This document shows, piece by piece, positions 26,050 through 42,251 of a stretch of 64,000 bases of DNA; positions within the stretch are counted from its first letter, which is position 1; each line of letters starts with the position of its first letter. The position numbers were made by a program, and so were the translations under genes. Where the stretch lies: positions 36,394,001 through 36,458,000 of the forward strand of contig OZ024745.1 in assembly GCA_964016885.1 (NCBI GenBank). The letters run 5' to 3'. The notes beneath the pieces are model-generated. The model was not told where the DNA came from. It saw only the letters and a program-made list of their open reading frames with translations, and did no database searches. The DNA is from Eledone cirrhosa. Its lineage: Eukaryota.

Positions 26050-27560
26050 TAGTGCATTTATAGCATGACGAATCCTAATGTAAAAATGATATTGATGAAG
26101 AAGTTGAGTTAACCTGTTGAATGAATGAAAGATCAAAGAACGAAGAAAAGGGACGAGAAGATGCAGTAAGAAAGAATTGTACGGGTAGCCTATTTAAAAT
26201 ATATATTTAACGGTCTGTTAAAAATGCATAATATTGGATCGGTTAACTGCATAATAAAGAAGGTAAAATTGTATGGCTCATTTTTATAGTAAGATTAAAG
26301 GAAATTAATTAATTTCTTTACACTAAAACGTATGATGTGTTGATAAAGAAGCTGAATTTAAAAAGGTAAATGATAAGTACAATAAAGTTGCCAAAATGGG
26401 AGATGGGAAAATCATAACATATATAATTCAGGCTCATATATCTCAAAAGAAGCATTATACTTTCGGTAAAAATATGTCTATATATAGTAAAGGCTATACA
26501 CATAAAAGACCGGGGGTAAATGTAAAATATGAGAATTATTTGAATATCTGATTATAGACTGTGACATTGAATGCCATAAACAAAACAATGATCTGCGTTA
26601 GTGGTAAGCAGAGTACATATTAAATAGTGTTTGAAAGTAAATACTATCTAAGAAAGGAAGAATAGTTTTGTTAACTAAGTATAATGATGATGCTGAAATT
26701 TATTTAGAGATATGTTGAGGCCTGTTATAAAATTGCTATGGACAGACAGGGAGGAACAAATATTTCTTTAAATTTAACTCTATCTAACTTTAAACATTAA
26801 AATGTTGTAAACTATTTTTATAGTTTTAAATATTATTTTAAAGCGAGACATAAGAATATTTTAATTGTGTAATCCCGTTCGAATCTAATAAATATAAGAA
26901 ATATGATATAGAAATTTAACATTATATAAGAAATTATAACCAGAGAAAGTTAATATTGATAGTTATTATTGGAAGAGGGAATGGTAGAAATATCAGAAAC
27001 TGTTATATCGGAATTCTATATGAATAAACAATGTGTCATTAGGGGGAAATAAAAACGAGTCACAAATTTTGTGGGTTGAAAAATTCAACGCTACACGAAG
27101 AGTATAAATAAAACATAAAAACAAGGAAGTAACAACAATGCAAAAATGCTTACAATAAGTACAATGAACTGACACATTTTATTGTGGTTGTGCTGAAGAT
27201 TTGATGTACAGCCAGTCATATATTCAAATAATATGCCAGTGAGTTTGAAGGATGTACAATATAGTGTTAGAATTCTAAGGTATATATAAGAGAGATAACG
27301 TAAAACTATCAGGACGGTTTTCTGGATAGGGCTGTTGAATTTAGGTATTGTGTCGTTCTGAAGGGCATATCTTCGCCGATAGAAAAAAAATCAATGGTTT
27401 AAAGAGTTTTATTATATTGAATTACCGTATTTAAATGGTAATCTTAACTATTAAAGACAGCTGAAAAGAGGAGCCCTAGGGAAAAGTATGCAGAATGTTT
27501 CAATAGTACAAATTGGGAGGCCGCTATATTATTGGAAATGTTATCGCTTTCTAGTCCTTC
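26050..27560 (-). pseudogene. Very decayed CR1/L2-type LINE RT and tail
   Basis: Minus-strand remnants GLLCIAFTIY (cf. L..AY..YVRP) and GYPYN..HSFNRL (cf. GHPYKL..SFS.RV); many stops. Confidence 0.4.
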
Positions 27561-27832
27561 ATTTCCAATAAGAGAAAAAAAATAATTTTTGTTTATCTTG
27601 GAGATGTTTATAGCAAGCTATCACGGAATATATTTACTTCCAAAAGGAAAAGGAAAAACACATTATTCTATTTATATTTGCTTAGTCCGCATGAGGGGGC
27701 TAGTCACACGGTATTGGCAGGCCTTATGAACATTTTGAAATTTATTATTGCGATTGATACCCCAGTTAGATCAAACTGTTAATATAAACACACACACACA
27801 CACCCAGATATATATATATATATATATGTGTG

Positions 27833-27867
<35 letters not shown>

Positions 27868-27879
27868 ATATATTATATG

Positions 27880-27912
<33 letters not shown>

Positions 27913-27928
27913 GTATATATATATGTAT

Positions 27929-28001
<73 letters not shown>

Positions 28002-28129
28002 AATATCGTATATCTGTATAGCTGAGGCTTTCAACATGTTTAGTTAATAAGCATACCATATATCTTTGAGATTCGAAATTCACACGCATATGTATACATA
28101 TATCTATATATATATATATATACATACAT

Positions 28130-28215
<86 letters not shown>

Positions 28216-28868
28216 ATATATATGTATACGAAAAACGTTTGGGACGGTGGTGGTTTTCTGAATGTATAATTCTCACACCAAGAGATAAGCAAAACAGCAA
28301 AACACTCACAACTTGCTGACTGATAAGAGAAGGTAAGATAACAAAAAAACTAGGTCTCTTTACTGTGATTCTTCGGTCTTAATCTATTCAATTTTCCTGA
28401 CAAATATTGGCTGAAGAAAACAAGCATGTTTTAGCTTCCTGTCTACTGTACTATAGCATTGAAATACATAGAAATTGCTCTCAGAATTTCTTATTGATGT
28501 GATACATTACTCAAAACAATGTTTGTTAGAAAAAATCAGTTGTGTTAGGTTTCGACATTTTCCCGCCGGTATCCATGTTTCTTTTCCTATCACGTAATTT
28601 ATAAAGCGAATGGAGACCGACTACAAAACCTCGGCCATCATATCCATGCACATACCGACATATATTTTATTTTTGACTGTTCTCTATTGTATATATTTGT
28701 AAAAACGAATCAATATGGCTAGACCACAGATAAATCCCACTTCACAGCTACAATCGTCATACAATGTATCACTCAATCATCATACAATGTATAAAGCAAA
28801 TAAAATGAGTCAAACCCGAGATACACAATTCTATGATTTTTGGAAATCAGAGATATATCAGATTGTGT

Positions 28869-29051
<183 letters not shown>

Positions 29052-29299
29052 CTTGCCGTTGTTGTTATTGTTGTAACGTTTCCAATGTAAAACAGAAGTG
29101 AAAAAACACGACCTGATATTCATCTTAAGTGATATCAATTGTCATTTTCTTACCTCCAGCAATAAATTTGATAAGTAGGTATCTATGATCAGTAGCTTAG
29201 TAGCACAGAAACGAGGAATATGTATATATATATATGCAAACACAAACACACACATACACACTCACACGCACGCACATATATATATATATATATATATAA

Positions 29300-29525
29300 G
29301 AAAGAGGGTGTGGTAAGATACCTGGTGGACCATAACTCACCAGAGTACTCAGTACTTAGGGTAGTAGATTGGGTAATAGGAAAATAGTGAGTACCCCGAC
29401 GGCTGAACTCCGGCCCTTTCCACAGCTATATCTGAACTAAGCCACCAGTCGTGACTGGGGCTTACTTCGGATCTAGCTGTAGAAACGGCCAGAGCTCAGC
29501 TGTCGGGGTCCTGACTCTTTTCCTA
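29300..29525 (-). mobile_element. Short fold-back family copy
   Basis: Imperfect palindrome ~29377-29525 with apex CCAGTC-GT-GACTGG plus ~80-bp unpaired tail; flanked by (TA)n/(CA)n. Confidence 0.75.
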
Positions 29526-29532
29526 TATACAT

Positions 29533-29646
<114 letters not shown>

Positions 29647-29799
29647 ATACATATATATGTTTATATATATACATATATATTTATGTATATATATATATAC
29701 ATATATATTTATATATATATATATATATGTGTGTGTATATATGTGAACAAAGTATTTCCGTCGGAAAGGTAGAGGAAAAAAGAGTGCTCTATGTAGGCC

Positions 29800-29833
<34 letters not shown>

Positions 29834-29865
29834 TTATGTAATAAACAACATAAGATAATTAATTC

Positions 29866-29920
29866 ATTTACCAGTGGTTTCTTGAAGGCAGATGTTATGT
29901 CTGTCTTCGGTCGTCAGAAT
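29866..29920 (-). ncRNA. Type-I hammerhead ribozyme (relative with broken core at ~24219-24268)
   Basis: ATT-CTGACGA-CC-GAAGACAGA..TCTGCCTTC-AA-GAAACCA C TGGTA-AAT. Confidence 0.65.
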
Positions 29921-30413
29921 TATTAAATAACGTGGTGTTTTTATTAAATATTGATTTGAAAACAAAATTCAGGAAATATGAAAGTGAGGCTGAAGAAACT
30001 GGCAAAAGGGAATTAGGGGAAAAATATATAAATAAATATCCAGAATATAAACATACACACACTCAAACACGCGCATATACTTAATAGTACGTATACGTAT
30101 ACTTTCTCACATAAGTGCGTTTGTGTTTACATGGAAATACGAACAGGCACATAAATACATACACATACATATACACAAATATATATGCACGCATATATGT
30201 ACACACAAATACACACACACGCATATACATACATCATAAAAACACAAAAACACAATAACAAAAGGTTCTATACATACGCGCACGTGTACATACACATACA
30301 TATATATATAAATATATATATACACACACACGTACACATACATACCAATACACACATATATACATGCTTGCATACATACATACATATATATATACATATA
30401 CATACACATATAA

Positions 30414-30445
<32 letters not shown>

Positions 30446-31961
30446 ATACATATACATATATACATGCACATGCACATATCAATATGTGCATGGGAAGTAG
30501 TTCAGAAGCAGAAATAATTAAAAATAAGATTAAAAAAATGTTTAAAATATATATATATAAGAAAATCAAAATATGCCACAGAGTGTACGATAGATAATGA
30601 TTACAATATTTTTGAGCAACAACTCTAGTCCCACACATTTGAAGGTTTATTACAACATTCTGTGGCTCTTTTGAGCTTCGCATTTTTCAGGTCTAGTTTA
30701 ATATTTTTTAAGGCAACGCTTTTAATAACTCTAGTTAAACATGATACATATTAATAATAAATTATCGTTGTAATGTAATTAGATTATATAATTGTTATTT
30801 TATAAATGATCTTATAAATATTATTGTAAGATGTATAAAAATATTTTCAGACTTTTAATTTAAACAACTACAAAAAACAATCAATATTAAATAAATAGAT
30901 TTTACATAATAATTGTTATAGTTGAATTAATAAAAATTAAATATTACATACAAATAGTCTAACTTAATAATAAAAAAATAATCTGACATAATAATAAAAT
31001 AATCTAACATAAAACGAACAATAATATAGACAAATATACAAGTAAATATGATACAACCAATATTATAAGCATGTTATAACGAAATGAAAAAAAAATAGTT
31101 AATATAAATTTAAAAAAATCATATATAAATAACTTACCAAAACGAGAAAAATATTTTGATGTTAAACGACGAAATACAGGAGGTAGTTTCAAAAGCGAAA
31201 TGATAAATAAACGTGAAAACAAAATGGCGGATGCTTTTGAGCAACAATTACTCTCGTTGGTTGATTAGCCAATAAGACGATACATTACAAAACATGTTTG
31301 GCAGCGATCACCACGGCCAGCGACACCCCTTGAACTTTTTATTCACAAGCTACGCATATATTTCAGACACGCAGACTTAAAACATTATGTTGTTAGTCAC
31401 TGCGTGTCTAACAGATACTCTTGGATCACCAGAGACATGAATTTTCCCAATATAAGGTATGACTCTGTTTGTTTATTTTTTATATGAATATTGATTGTTT
31501 GTCCCTGTATCTCATATCTGTTATTTTACCTGAGAAAATATCTGTATGTGTCCTTAAACAGTGCAAACATATTTATTTTTTCATATGCAATTGAGTTGTG
31601 CGCAGGAGGCTTGAATTCTTGTCAGAGTTCAATGACCTGCGTGTATATTATTTTTTCACGGTAGCCTCCTCCTCCCATTTGGGGACAGTGTGAGATTTTC
31701 TTTAGATCTGCTGGACTTACAACCTAGCAGTTCCTTCAAGCACTGATGTTGATTATCGCTAAATATTGATGTTGATTTAGTTATTAATATTAATATTATT
31801 GGGCACCCACTGAAGATTTATAAGCGCCCACTTGCATAAGAATCCATTGATCTTACAAAAGCTTCTACATAACTTGGTATAACTTCACCCACCATGTAGA
31901 AATCTTATAATGAAACGATCGTTTGGGCAATGAGATCTTTAATATATCTCATATAAAATAA

Positions 31962-32148
31962 TTGTTTCTACTTTAGTCACAAGGCCAGCAATTACACAGT
32001 GCATTACTGGTACTTTATTTCATCTACCCCGTAAGGATGAAAGGCAAAGTCAACCTCGGCGGGATTTGAACTCAGATCGTAAAGGGACGTAACTATGCTG
32101 GAAAGCATGGCGTCCGACCCTCTACCGATACTGCCAATCCACCGACCT
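31962..32148 (-). mobile_element. Full-length main tRNA SINE with 17-bp TSD
   Basis: Near-identical to 3054-3238; TSD TATCTCATATAAAATAA at 31945-31961 and 32149-32165. Confidence 0.9.
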
Positions 32149-32439
32149 TATCTCATATAAAATAACAAAGCCAATTATCCACACAATACAATATAGTTAT
32201 CTCCCCGAACGTTTAATTAGGAATGTACTTCCGTATTTCCTAATGTTTGTTGAGTGAGTTGGGATTGGTCGGAGTGTCGCTAATAGCTTTCTCCGTTTAT
32301 GTAATTATGTATATATATATATAATATATAATATATAATATATAATATATTATGTATATATATATATAATATTTTATATATATATATAATATATATATAT
32401 ATATAATATATATAATATATATTTACTTACTCCCCCCCC

Positions 32440-33249
32440 CCTAAAACTAACCACAATAACAGGAAAAGGAAAATTATTTGGTTTACACGCCCCTTCTCTC
32501 TAACTGTCAAAACTAATGTAGGAATGAAATTCCTTGAACTCTTAGATAAACATTTTCCTCCTAATCATAGATATTATAAGATATTTAATATAAATGTAGT
32601 TAAGATCAGTTACTCTTGTTGCCCATCTATGAAGTCCAAGATCACTAATTCAAATCATACGAGAACAAATCCAGGATGCAGTTGCAGGAAGCCGGATGAA
32701 TGCCCATTGCAGGGCAAATGTAACACCAAATCTGTTGTTTATGAGGCTAAAGTAACACCTTTAATCAACAACCAGCCAGCCAGGAGTGAGCGATATGTCG
32801 GCATGACCCAGGACAGGTTTAAAACCAGGTTTTATGCACATGTCGCTTCTTTTAAGCACTCCGATAAACGAACAACTACGGCCCTCGCAAGTAAGGTGTG
32901 GGAATTCAAGGAAAAAAACATCCCGTACTCTATCGATTGGTCTATTTTAGACCATTCGAGGGTGTACTAAGGGGGCACAAAGAATTGTTCTTTGTGTACC
33001 ACAGAAAAATATAGGATTTTGCTAAACTTGAAAGCCACTTCTGCTTGCCTGAACTCAAAGACCGAGATCTTCAGATGTTGTCCTTATCTGAAATCACATA
33101 TGATCTGTAACTGGATTGACATTCCTATCATAACTCAACCACCTTCAACTCCTTCTCTGCGCTTTACTTCCACTACGGTTTTTTTACCTGCCGAATCCAC
33201 GTTCTGTACTCTTGTATTCTCTTTCTCCCTTATCTCCCCTTATATTTAA
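32440..33249 (+). pseudogene. PLE RT-thumb + Cys linker + GIY-YIG endonuclease (Naiad-like), one in-frame TAA
   Basis: RKRKIIWFTRPF..LLDKHFP..KIFN..KISYSC, CSCRKPDECPLQGKC, VVYEAKV..YVGMTQDRFKTRFYAH, then *GGTKNCSLCTTEK..LNSKTE..CCP in the same frame; 5' end abuts an AT microsatellite. Confidence 0.85.
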
Positions 33250-33584
33250 ACCTTTTCCTATTTCATTTATTTCCCCCTATTTTTTTACCTTACCCTTCAC
33301 ATACCAAAATTTTTTTTATTTTTAGATATTAATTCTTTTTGTGTTGCGTATATGTATGTATGTATATATATGTGTGTATGTATATGTGTGTGTGTATGGA
33401 TATGTGTATGTATATATGTGTGTGTATGTATGTTTATATCTATCTGTATGTAATTGTATATGTATATTTTATCGTATATATTAATTATTTCTGTTGTATT
33501 TGTGCACGTGTGTGTATATATTTATATGTATGTATGTATGTGTGTATATATGTGTGTACCGATGCATGTATGTGTGTATATATG

Positions 33585-33796
33585 TAGTTACCGATGATGT
33601 TGATATTTTCTTCTTTTCGGGTTATAGCTACTGTCGCTCAGAGAGTGGGATTTGCTCAGTGCACAGTCTTTCTTCATTTAAAAAAATATCTTCATGCACA
33701 GGCATTGCACGATAGAATTAATAAATAATTATTAATAATGGTATATCGTGCAATGGCCATACTCGATAACGAGGGGGCAGCCATCATCATCATCAT
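33585..33796 (+). mobile_element. 3' part of a non-autonomous RTE-related element; inverted copy at 43285-43482
   Basis: ~200-bp match to reverse complement of 43285-43482; ends GGCAGC(CAT)n. Confidence 0.65.
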
Positions 33797-34192
33797 ATAT
33801 GTGTGTATATATATATATATATATTATATATATATACATATGTATGTATATATGTGTATGTGCGCGTGTGTGTATATATTTATATGTATGTATGTATGTG
33901 TGTATATATGTGTATATATGTATATATATTTTATATATATATACATATGTATGTATATATGTGTATGTATGTATGTGTATATATAACTTTAATGTGTATG
34001 TATGGGCGTGTGTATATTTGTGCGTGTATATCTATTTTTTTTTATATATTGGTTTTGTGTGTTTATATATAATAGCCTCAGAAAAGGCTTGAGCACTGCC
34101 GTAGGGTCAGACTTTTTCCTATGTGTGTGTGTATATATATATTATATATATGTATATATACGTAATTGTATGTGTGTGTGTATTTCTGTGGT

Positions 34193-34237
<45 letters not shown>

Positions 34238-34479
34238 GTGTGTATGTGTGTGTGTATATGTATATATGCATAAGGGTGTATGTATATGCATCATTACATA
34301 TAGTGATTTAATGATTATTTTCATTGATCTTTTACCCCAGGAACTTGTTGAGTGCTCTAAATCTGCTATAAGCATTTATACCGTTTTCTAGATATATATA
34401 TTTTTTTTATTATTATTTGTCGTATTCCCAACTTTTTATTTTCATTTTTATTTTTATTTTTTTATATATACAATATTTT

Positions 34480-34625
34480 TTCCACAACCAGATGGTTGTT
34501 TATATATTGTCAAAGTTCTTTCGTCACACATTATGTGACCTCTTCAGTGACTTGGGATTCTTTTCTTTGTTTTTGTGCCTCTCCTTTGTTCTGTCCTACG
34601 GCATCTTGTTTCTGTGTGTGTGTTC
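34480..34625 (-). mobile_element. pLTR fragment of the 48-49 kb PLE family
   Basis: Colinear with 48234-48376. Confidence 0.8.
34509..34551 (-). ncRNA. Minimal type-I hammerhead ribozyme
   Basis: GTCA-CTGAAGA-G-GTCACA TAATG TGTGAC-GAAAG AA CTT-TGAC. Confidence 0.8.
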
Positions 34626-36004
34626 ACACACACACAGAAACAAGATCGTCGTTAGGGCATCATTATACCAAACGAGTACTATTAATTAACACAGGACGGG
34701 GATTTTTTTAAGTGCCAGTAGAGGGAGTCGTGATACAGCTAATAGTTATTATTAAACCTAGAATTTAAAGGTACTATATGCCGGTCAAAAACGGTGGTGC
34801 TGCGGGCCCCGGGGCGAAGCAATCCGCTCCGAGTAATTTCATTTACCGAAAGAAGGGGAAATTTGTTTTTCCAAGCACTCAAGGGAGGCTTATGCACCAG
34901 GGCACCGGGCGCGCAGCCAGGAAAACCACCACACCAGTCGGATCATCGCGTGTAATCAATTATAAAACCCGATGAAAAGCGCAAATAGACTATATCTAGG
35001 TCCCCAGATAGTCCGGGTTATAAGTATTGTGGTTCTCAGGGGGAGATATTCTAGTGTCGTGTGCTAATGAGTACAATGATAAGTACTTAATGAGAGTAAA
35101 GCGAGTAAAACCCTAAATAAAAGAAACAGTAGGCTAAAACCAAGAATACATAGATAAATAAAAGCAGAATACGAAGATAAAAACACATTAATAAAGTAAA
35201 AAGGTAGAAATATATAAATAAATAAATAAATGAAAAAATACATAAAAAAATAAATAAAATGCTGTCATAGCTAGGGTAGTGGTGGAGTAAAACGGAAGTA
35301 TATAAGAACATATCGGAGTTACATTCCTCGAGTTACATTCCTCGAGTGCTCGGAAAAATTGGTTTCCATATCTCTCGCTAGACGGTTTCGCTCGGAATGG
35401 CTGACACATGGTTAGGATGGGCTGGCCGAAATCTGCATTCGTCGCATGCTGTTTGACTGCTAAACAAAGACTTAATCTTTACTCTATATCCCACCCTGAA
35501 AACTTATCGAGGATCTCTATAATACACTTAAAATTTGTTCATAAAAGACTCTCTCTGTAAATTCTTTAACTAAATCTCGCAACCCAAACCTTAAACTTTT
35601 TTTAATTTCTTAATTTTTTTTATTTCATCCTATAACTCTAAACATAAGTTTAACGTTCCAATTATCTGTTCACACATTATACCATGCAGACGCCCACTAT
35701 ATATACCTCTGTTAAGATATAGGTTCTTTAGAATAACTTTTTTCCCGGCAATTCCTAGCCTGATTGTAGCATGACATTAACGTTGACTTTTCTTCTTTCT
35801 TTCTGTCTTTTTTTTCTCTTTGACCGGGAGGTTAGTAGCACATTATAAGCTTTCGCCCCCTCACCAGATAGCCTTAAGTAGACCGAATAGCAGCACTTGA
35901 GGGCGACCGGCTAAAGTGGAAGATGCTAGATGGTCGGTCGTCCACAGGTCTATGATTTTCAGCCCTATGGGTTTTATCTGTTACATGCATTTATTATATT
36001 TCGA

Positions 36005-36062
36005 ATACCTGATGATATCACCGGATTCATACGGAACGCGGTCATTGAAATGATCATAGTAT
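36005..36062 (+). ncRNA. Minimal type-I hammerhead, second copy of 6446-6503, within pLTR 35954-36255
   Basis: ATAC-CTGATGA...GAAA-TGATC-ATA-GTAT. Confidence 0.78.
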
Positions 36063-37374
36063 AATAAACCTTTCAAGGATTTACACAAGTCCAGCCTCCT
36101 GTTATTTTATTATAATATTTAACTCCGTACTCGCACCACCAACTACACAAACGAAGACGGTTGAGCTGCTTTACGTTGAGTACTCTCCATATTATTACAT
36201 CAAGATTGACCATACGGAATGACCAGCTCTATCCAGTAGTGAAGCTTCAAACCAAAATAAATATATATATATATCTATACACACACATATATATACACAT
36301 ATACATACATACATATAAACACATACACATACATACACATACAAAAACATACAATAAATTAGAAAGATGAATCTCAGGTACATAACCCACGTACATACGT
36401 ACACACGCCCGCACGCACACACGCACATAATAAAAAATCAACACACGCATACATATAACCATATGGTTGAGTGGTGAGGCAGGGTAGAGACACGATAATT
36501 AAAAATATAAACTAAAATGTAAATACGCACCTCTATAACTATATAACACACGTACAAATCCAAAGAGATCTGTTTCGCCAAGAAGTTGATGACTGAAATG
36601 AAGTAGCCCATGGTTCATCAGCGTGTGTAAGGCTATACATTCCAGACAACTCTAAGGGAATCTGCCTTTCATAGGTTATAGATTCCATACACTGGTGGCT
36701 TTCCCTGTTTTATTGATGGCGCACTATCTCTCTCTAGTGTGTTTCCTTTTCAATATATATATATATATATATATATATATTCCTGTTATTAAGGCTAAAT
36801 AGATGACCCAATGAGAAGCAAGTGAAACTCAAGAATAACAATTAGGCAACACAATCACATATCATCACCTCCACTACAATCACTACTACCAATACAAAAC
36901 ATACACCACCGCCATATACTTCCCCAGCACCACTACCACCATCAAAACCAATACAACAGTTGCCATCACCGAAAGCAACATAAACACAAATAACACAATG
37001 TACACAACGACCATCAGAACCGAAACTACAATCAAAATTACAACCAAGTTCCCCACAACAATCATCAACACCTAAGTTTTAGATATGACCAGTTCATTGA
37101 ACTTATTGTAATCTAGCATTTTTCAAATCAGTACTGAAGTCATACCACCTTGTATTACACAAAATATGTTGTTTATATGAAGAAATAGTGTCCTTATTAT
37201 TGATAATCATAGTTGTTGCAAAGCTTATGTTGACTTATGTTGACTTCCTTCTAAAGTCCGCATACTTCGCCCCCTCCCCCTCCCCCTCTCTCTCTCCCTC
37301 TCTCTCTCTCGAACACACTTTTCACTGTCTTACATTTATACACAGGCATTATATAGATTTTTATATATATAATA

Positions 37375-38728
<1,354 letters not shown>

Positions 38729-38739
38729 GTGTGTGTGTC

Positions 38740-38801
<62 letters not shown>

Positions 38802-38815
38802 TATAAATATATATA

Positions 38816-38846
<31 letters not shown>

Positions 38847-39124
38847 TTAATATATAACGAAAAATCATTGATGCATCTGGACTCAATTTATTGTGTTACA
38901 ATTGTTTCGCCGGCAGACAGCTCGAGACACGATCATTGTATGGATCTGTCTGATTCTAGAACTGCAGGTTCGTCGGACACTTCCAATAATTTGGGAGCAA
39001 ATTTTCTCACTGGGGTTTTAGGGGTGTACAGGTGGGCCATGGCCCCCCAATACTTATATGTTTCTCCCCAAAATACCAATACACACATCTATTTGTATAT
39101 GGGCTACAATTTATGTACATGTTA

Positions 39125-39620
39125 TGTAGAGACAGATGGGAGAGATAGATGTAAATATAGAGAGGAGGATAGTTTGTTGGTAATTGATATAGAGAGGGGG
39201 ATAGTTTAGAGTTAATTGATATACAGAGGGGTATTAGAAGAGAGTTCTGTGTAGTAGATATAGAGAGGGGGAGAGTTTGTCATTAATTGATAAAGACCGG
39301 GAGGTTGGAAGAGAGAACCGCGTAGTAGATATAGAGAGGGAGGAATTTGGCAGTTGTAGATATACAGAGAGGTACAATGAGAGAGTGCTGTGTAGTAAAA
39401 ATAGAGAGGGTGAGGGTTTAGGGGTCATTGATATACAAAGGGGGATTGAGGGAGATAAGTGTAGATATATAGAGAGAGTGAAAGAGTGTCTTATAGAGTG
39501 GGATAAGAGAGGCGGTGTCGTGGTAGATTTAGAGAGGGGTAAAGTTTAATTGTAGTAAATGCAGAGAAGGCGATTAAAAGTGAGTTTTGTGTGACAGACA
39601 TAGAGAGGAGGAGAGTTTGG
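39125..39620. repeat. Degenerate purine-rich minisatellite (~30-bp units with GATATAGAGAGGGG core)
   Basis: Recurrent TAGATATAGAGAG(A/G)GG motif. Confidence 0.65.
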
Positions 39621-41245
39621 TGGCACTCTCGGGTCCCAAATAATAGGAGGGGTGACAACAATGGGGGTGGGGGCTCGGGAAATCAATAAGTGTATAGTGT
39701 ACGTTCTTAAATATGAGATTTCTTGTAATGTTCTTCTTTTGTCAGATATACTCTTTTTTTTATGTAAAATAAATTATCATTAGAATGTCCAGCTTCTGTA
39801 TTAATATGAATCGCTTACAATGAAATTTCGCCGGAGATACATGCAGACAGAAAGATAATTCAAAATCTCACTTTTTGTGCCTTTTTCTCAGCAAAGTTAT
39901 TAACCAAATCAGCTAAACCAAGTTGAAAAGCCAACTAGTCTCTCTTGCTATATTGTTGAGTGAATGTTAGATTTTTTCAAATAATTTATGTGAGAACATA
40001 CGTCAATATGACGTTTGCGTTACAGATAGTCTATATATTCTATGTTTATCTTTTTATTCGCTTTCTCTCTCTACTTATTTCTTTATTTCTTTATTGATTT
40101 TTTTGTGTATTTATTTGTCATGTGCTGCATATTCTAATAGAATCTTTCCTTATTGCCCTTTGGAAACTGACATCATGATTTCTAGTGCGTTATCGTATTT
40201 CAAAAATGACATGTGATTCCAGCCATAAGACTTTGATAACACTATTTAAAAACTGAGACTCAGCAAAAGATGTTACTTGCATCGCTTGTATTTCATTCTA
40301 CCTTCCAGATATTTGTATTGCCAGATGCTATTAGCTGACACCTTCACTTATATGTATGCACAGACGTGAAAATATGAGGGCAGATATGTATAGTTGAGCG
40401 TGAGTATGTGTTAGTTAGTCTATGTTTGCGTGCCTATGTGTTCATGGCTATGTTTATGTGACTATGTGGGCTTGAGTGTGTATAAGCCTGTGTCTGTTTC
40501 TATGCACGTGTCTATGTGTGTATGAATATGTGCCTCGATGTATAACTATGAGTGTGTGTGTGTTAGTATGAATGCAGGGTAGCCGAATATTTAAGAAGCT
40601 TCCCACTGGCTCCCACTGTGCGGCATTTTGGGTAAATGTCACCATAAGTAAATTTGTAAATTCGGATACATGAAAACTGTTTGGCACTCCGTGGGATGGA
40701 CTGTACTTGTACATCAAAAGGTCAGCCTTGTCACAAATTGTTTACACTTAAACTATTTCCTAAAATTGTATCAAAATAGGTCGTTCTGTTAATCAAGTAA
40801 CTGGTGCACTTATGTTTGAATCTGACGGTGATACATCATTTTATTTTTCATGCATTTTTGATATTCTTCTTCACCGAATACAAGCCGAATTCAAGGCATT
40901 TCATTTGATTTGTAAATATATGATTGACATATGTATGGCTATAAGTAAGTATATGTACTTGGACACTTTTATCATGGGACGTGTTTCTTTAGTGGTGTTT
41001 GTAGTTAATTAAGATATGTATTAAGATGTGCGCTAAGCAGCTAAAGTGTACGTTAAAGTTATATCTCTATATAAAGACATTTAAACATGTCAGAAATACA
41101 AATTCCCTTTAATCGAATTTTGGAAATATCTGGGTCTTCAAACGCTAACAGCATACTAATACGCCAATTTCAGAATACTACTATGAGTGAATGAGTATGT
41201 AAGCCCATGAAATATGTATATTCCTGTGTTGTTTAAAAGATATGC

Positions 41246-41293
41246 ATACCTTCTGATGAAGACCCAACTGAGTCCGAAAATCGATTGAATATG
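41246..41293 (+). ncRNA. Decayed type-I hammerhead
   Basis: CTGATGA-A-GACCC AACT GAGTC-C-GAAAA TCGA TT-G; palindromic stem III AATCGATT, but G at the cleavage position. Confidence 0.55.
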
Positions 41294-41379
41294 TTTAACG
41301 TCGTTTTTTTGTTTTTTTTTTGTTTACAGATACATTCATATTTTGGGCATGTTTACATGCCTATATATGAAGGTCTTCT

Positions 41380-41990
41380 TTTCTCTACGAAACCTTGCAC
41401 TTTACGTCAATTCCTTCCGGGTATGACATATCAAATGGCGTTTGAGTCCTGAAAGACTGTGACAGATCCGACTGAAAATAATAAAATGATGTATAATTTC
41501 GTTATTGTTTCCTTTTGGTTTGTTTATTGCGTATATTAAATATGTCGCTTCAATCTACCACCTGATTGGCAAATTTTCTGACAAACATGGCACCGGAACT
41601 GACGTTCTGCAACAAAGTTTGAATAAACAATTTGGACTTCACCATCATGTGCTCGTTGGTGCAACTTCCAGCTAACGTTTGAGAAGCACACCTTAGGGCA
41701 CACATTGCATTTGAAAACCGACGTTGGATAAGATTCATCATTAATACTGTCTCATTCTTCCTCACTTTATGTGTTACCCTCTCCATTTCAAATGCTTATG
41801 TTCTTTCCAGATAGCATTCTCTAAGCTACTCTACCTGCTGCTCATGATTCAGCATTTTAAGTTAACCTAAAGGGAGTCTCTGTATATATGTCTACAGGAT
41901 CGTCTTTAACCTGTTTGTATTTTGGTTGTTGTGGTGGCTTTTGTGGCAACATGTCTTCTGCCGCAATTTTCACTGTGTCACACCCCTAAC
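41380..41990 (-). pseudogene. RTE-like LINE C-terminus with C2H2 zinc fingers
   Basis: Minus-strand frames give FKCNVCPKVCFSNVSWKLHQRAH and FRCHVCQKICQSGGRLKRH; frameshifted. Confidence 0.6.
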
Positions 41991-42130
41991 TTATTGTTAC
42001 TACTCTGAGCTATAATTTATCGATTTATCAATATCATCTCATTGAGTGCTTCGTGCGGGGCGTTTCTGAAGATTGATTTCGAAAAATCCTAATCGCAGCA
42101 GCAACTTCGATTTTACTCACTAGTATTATC

Positions 42131-42251
<121 letters not shown>

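Noticed and set aside
31218-31280. YY1-like AAAATGGCGG plus CCAAT as a promoter
   Set aside because: Short motifs only, no downstream gene evident; may belong to a transposon end.
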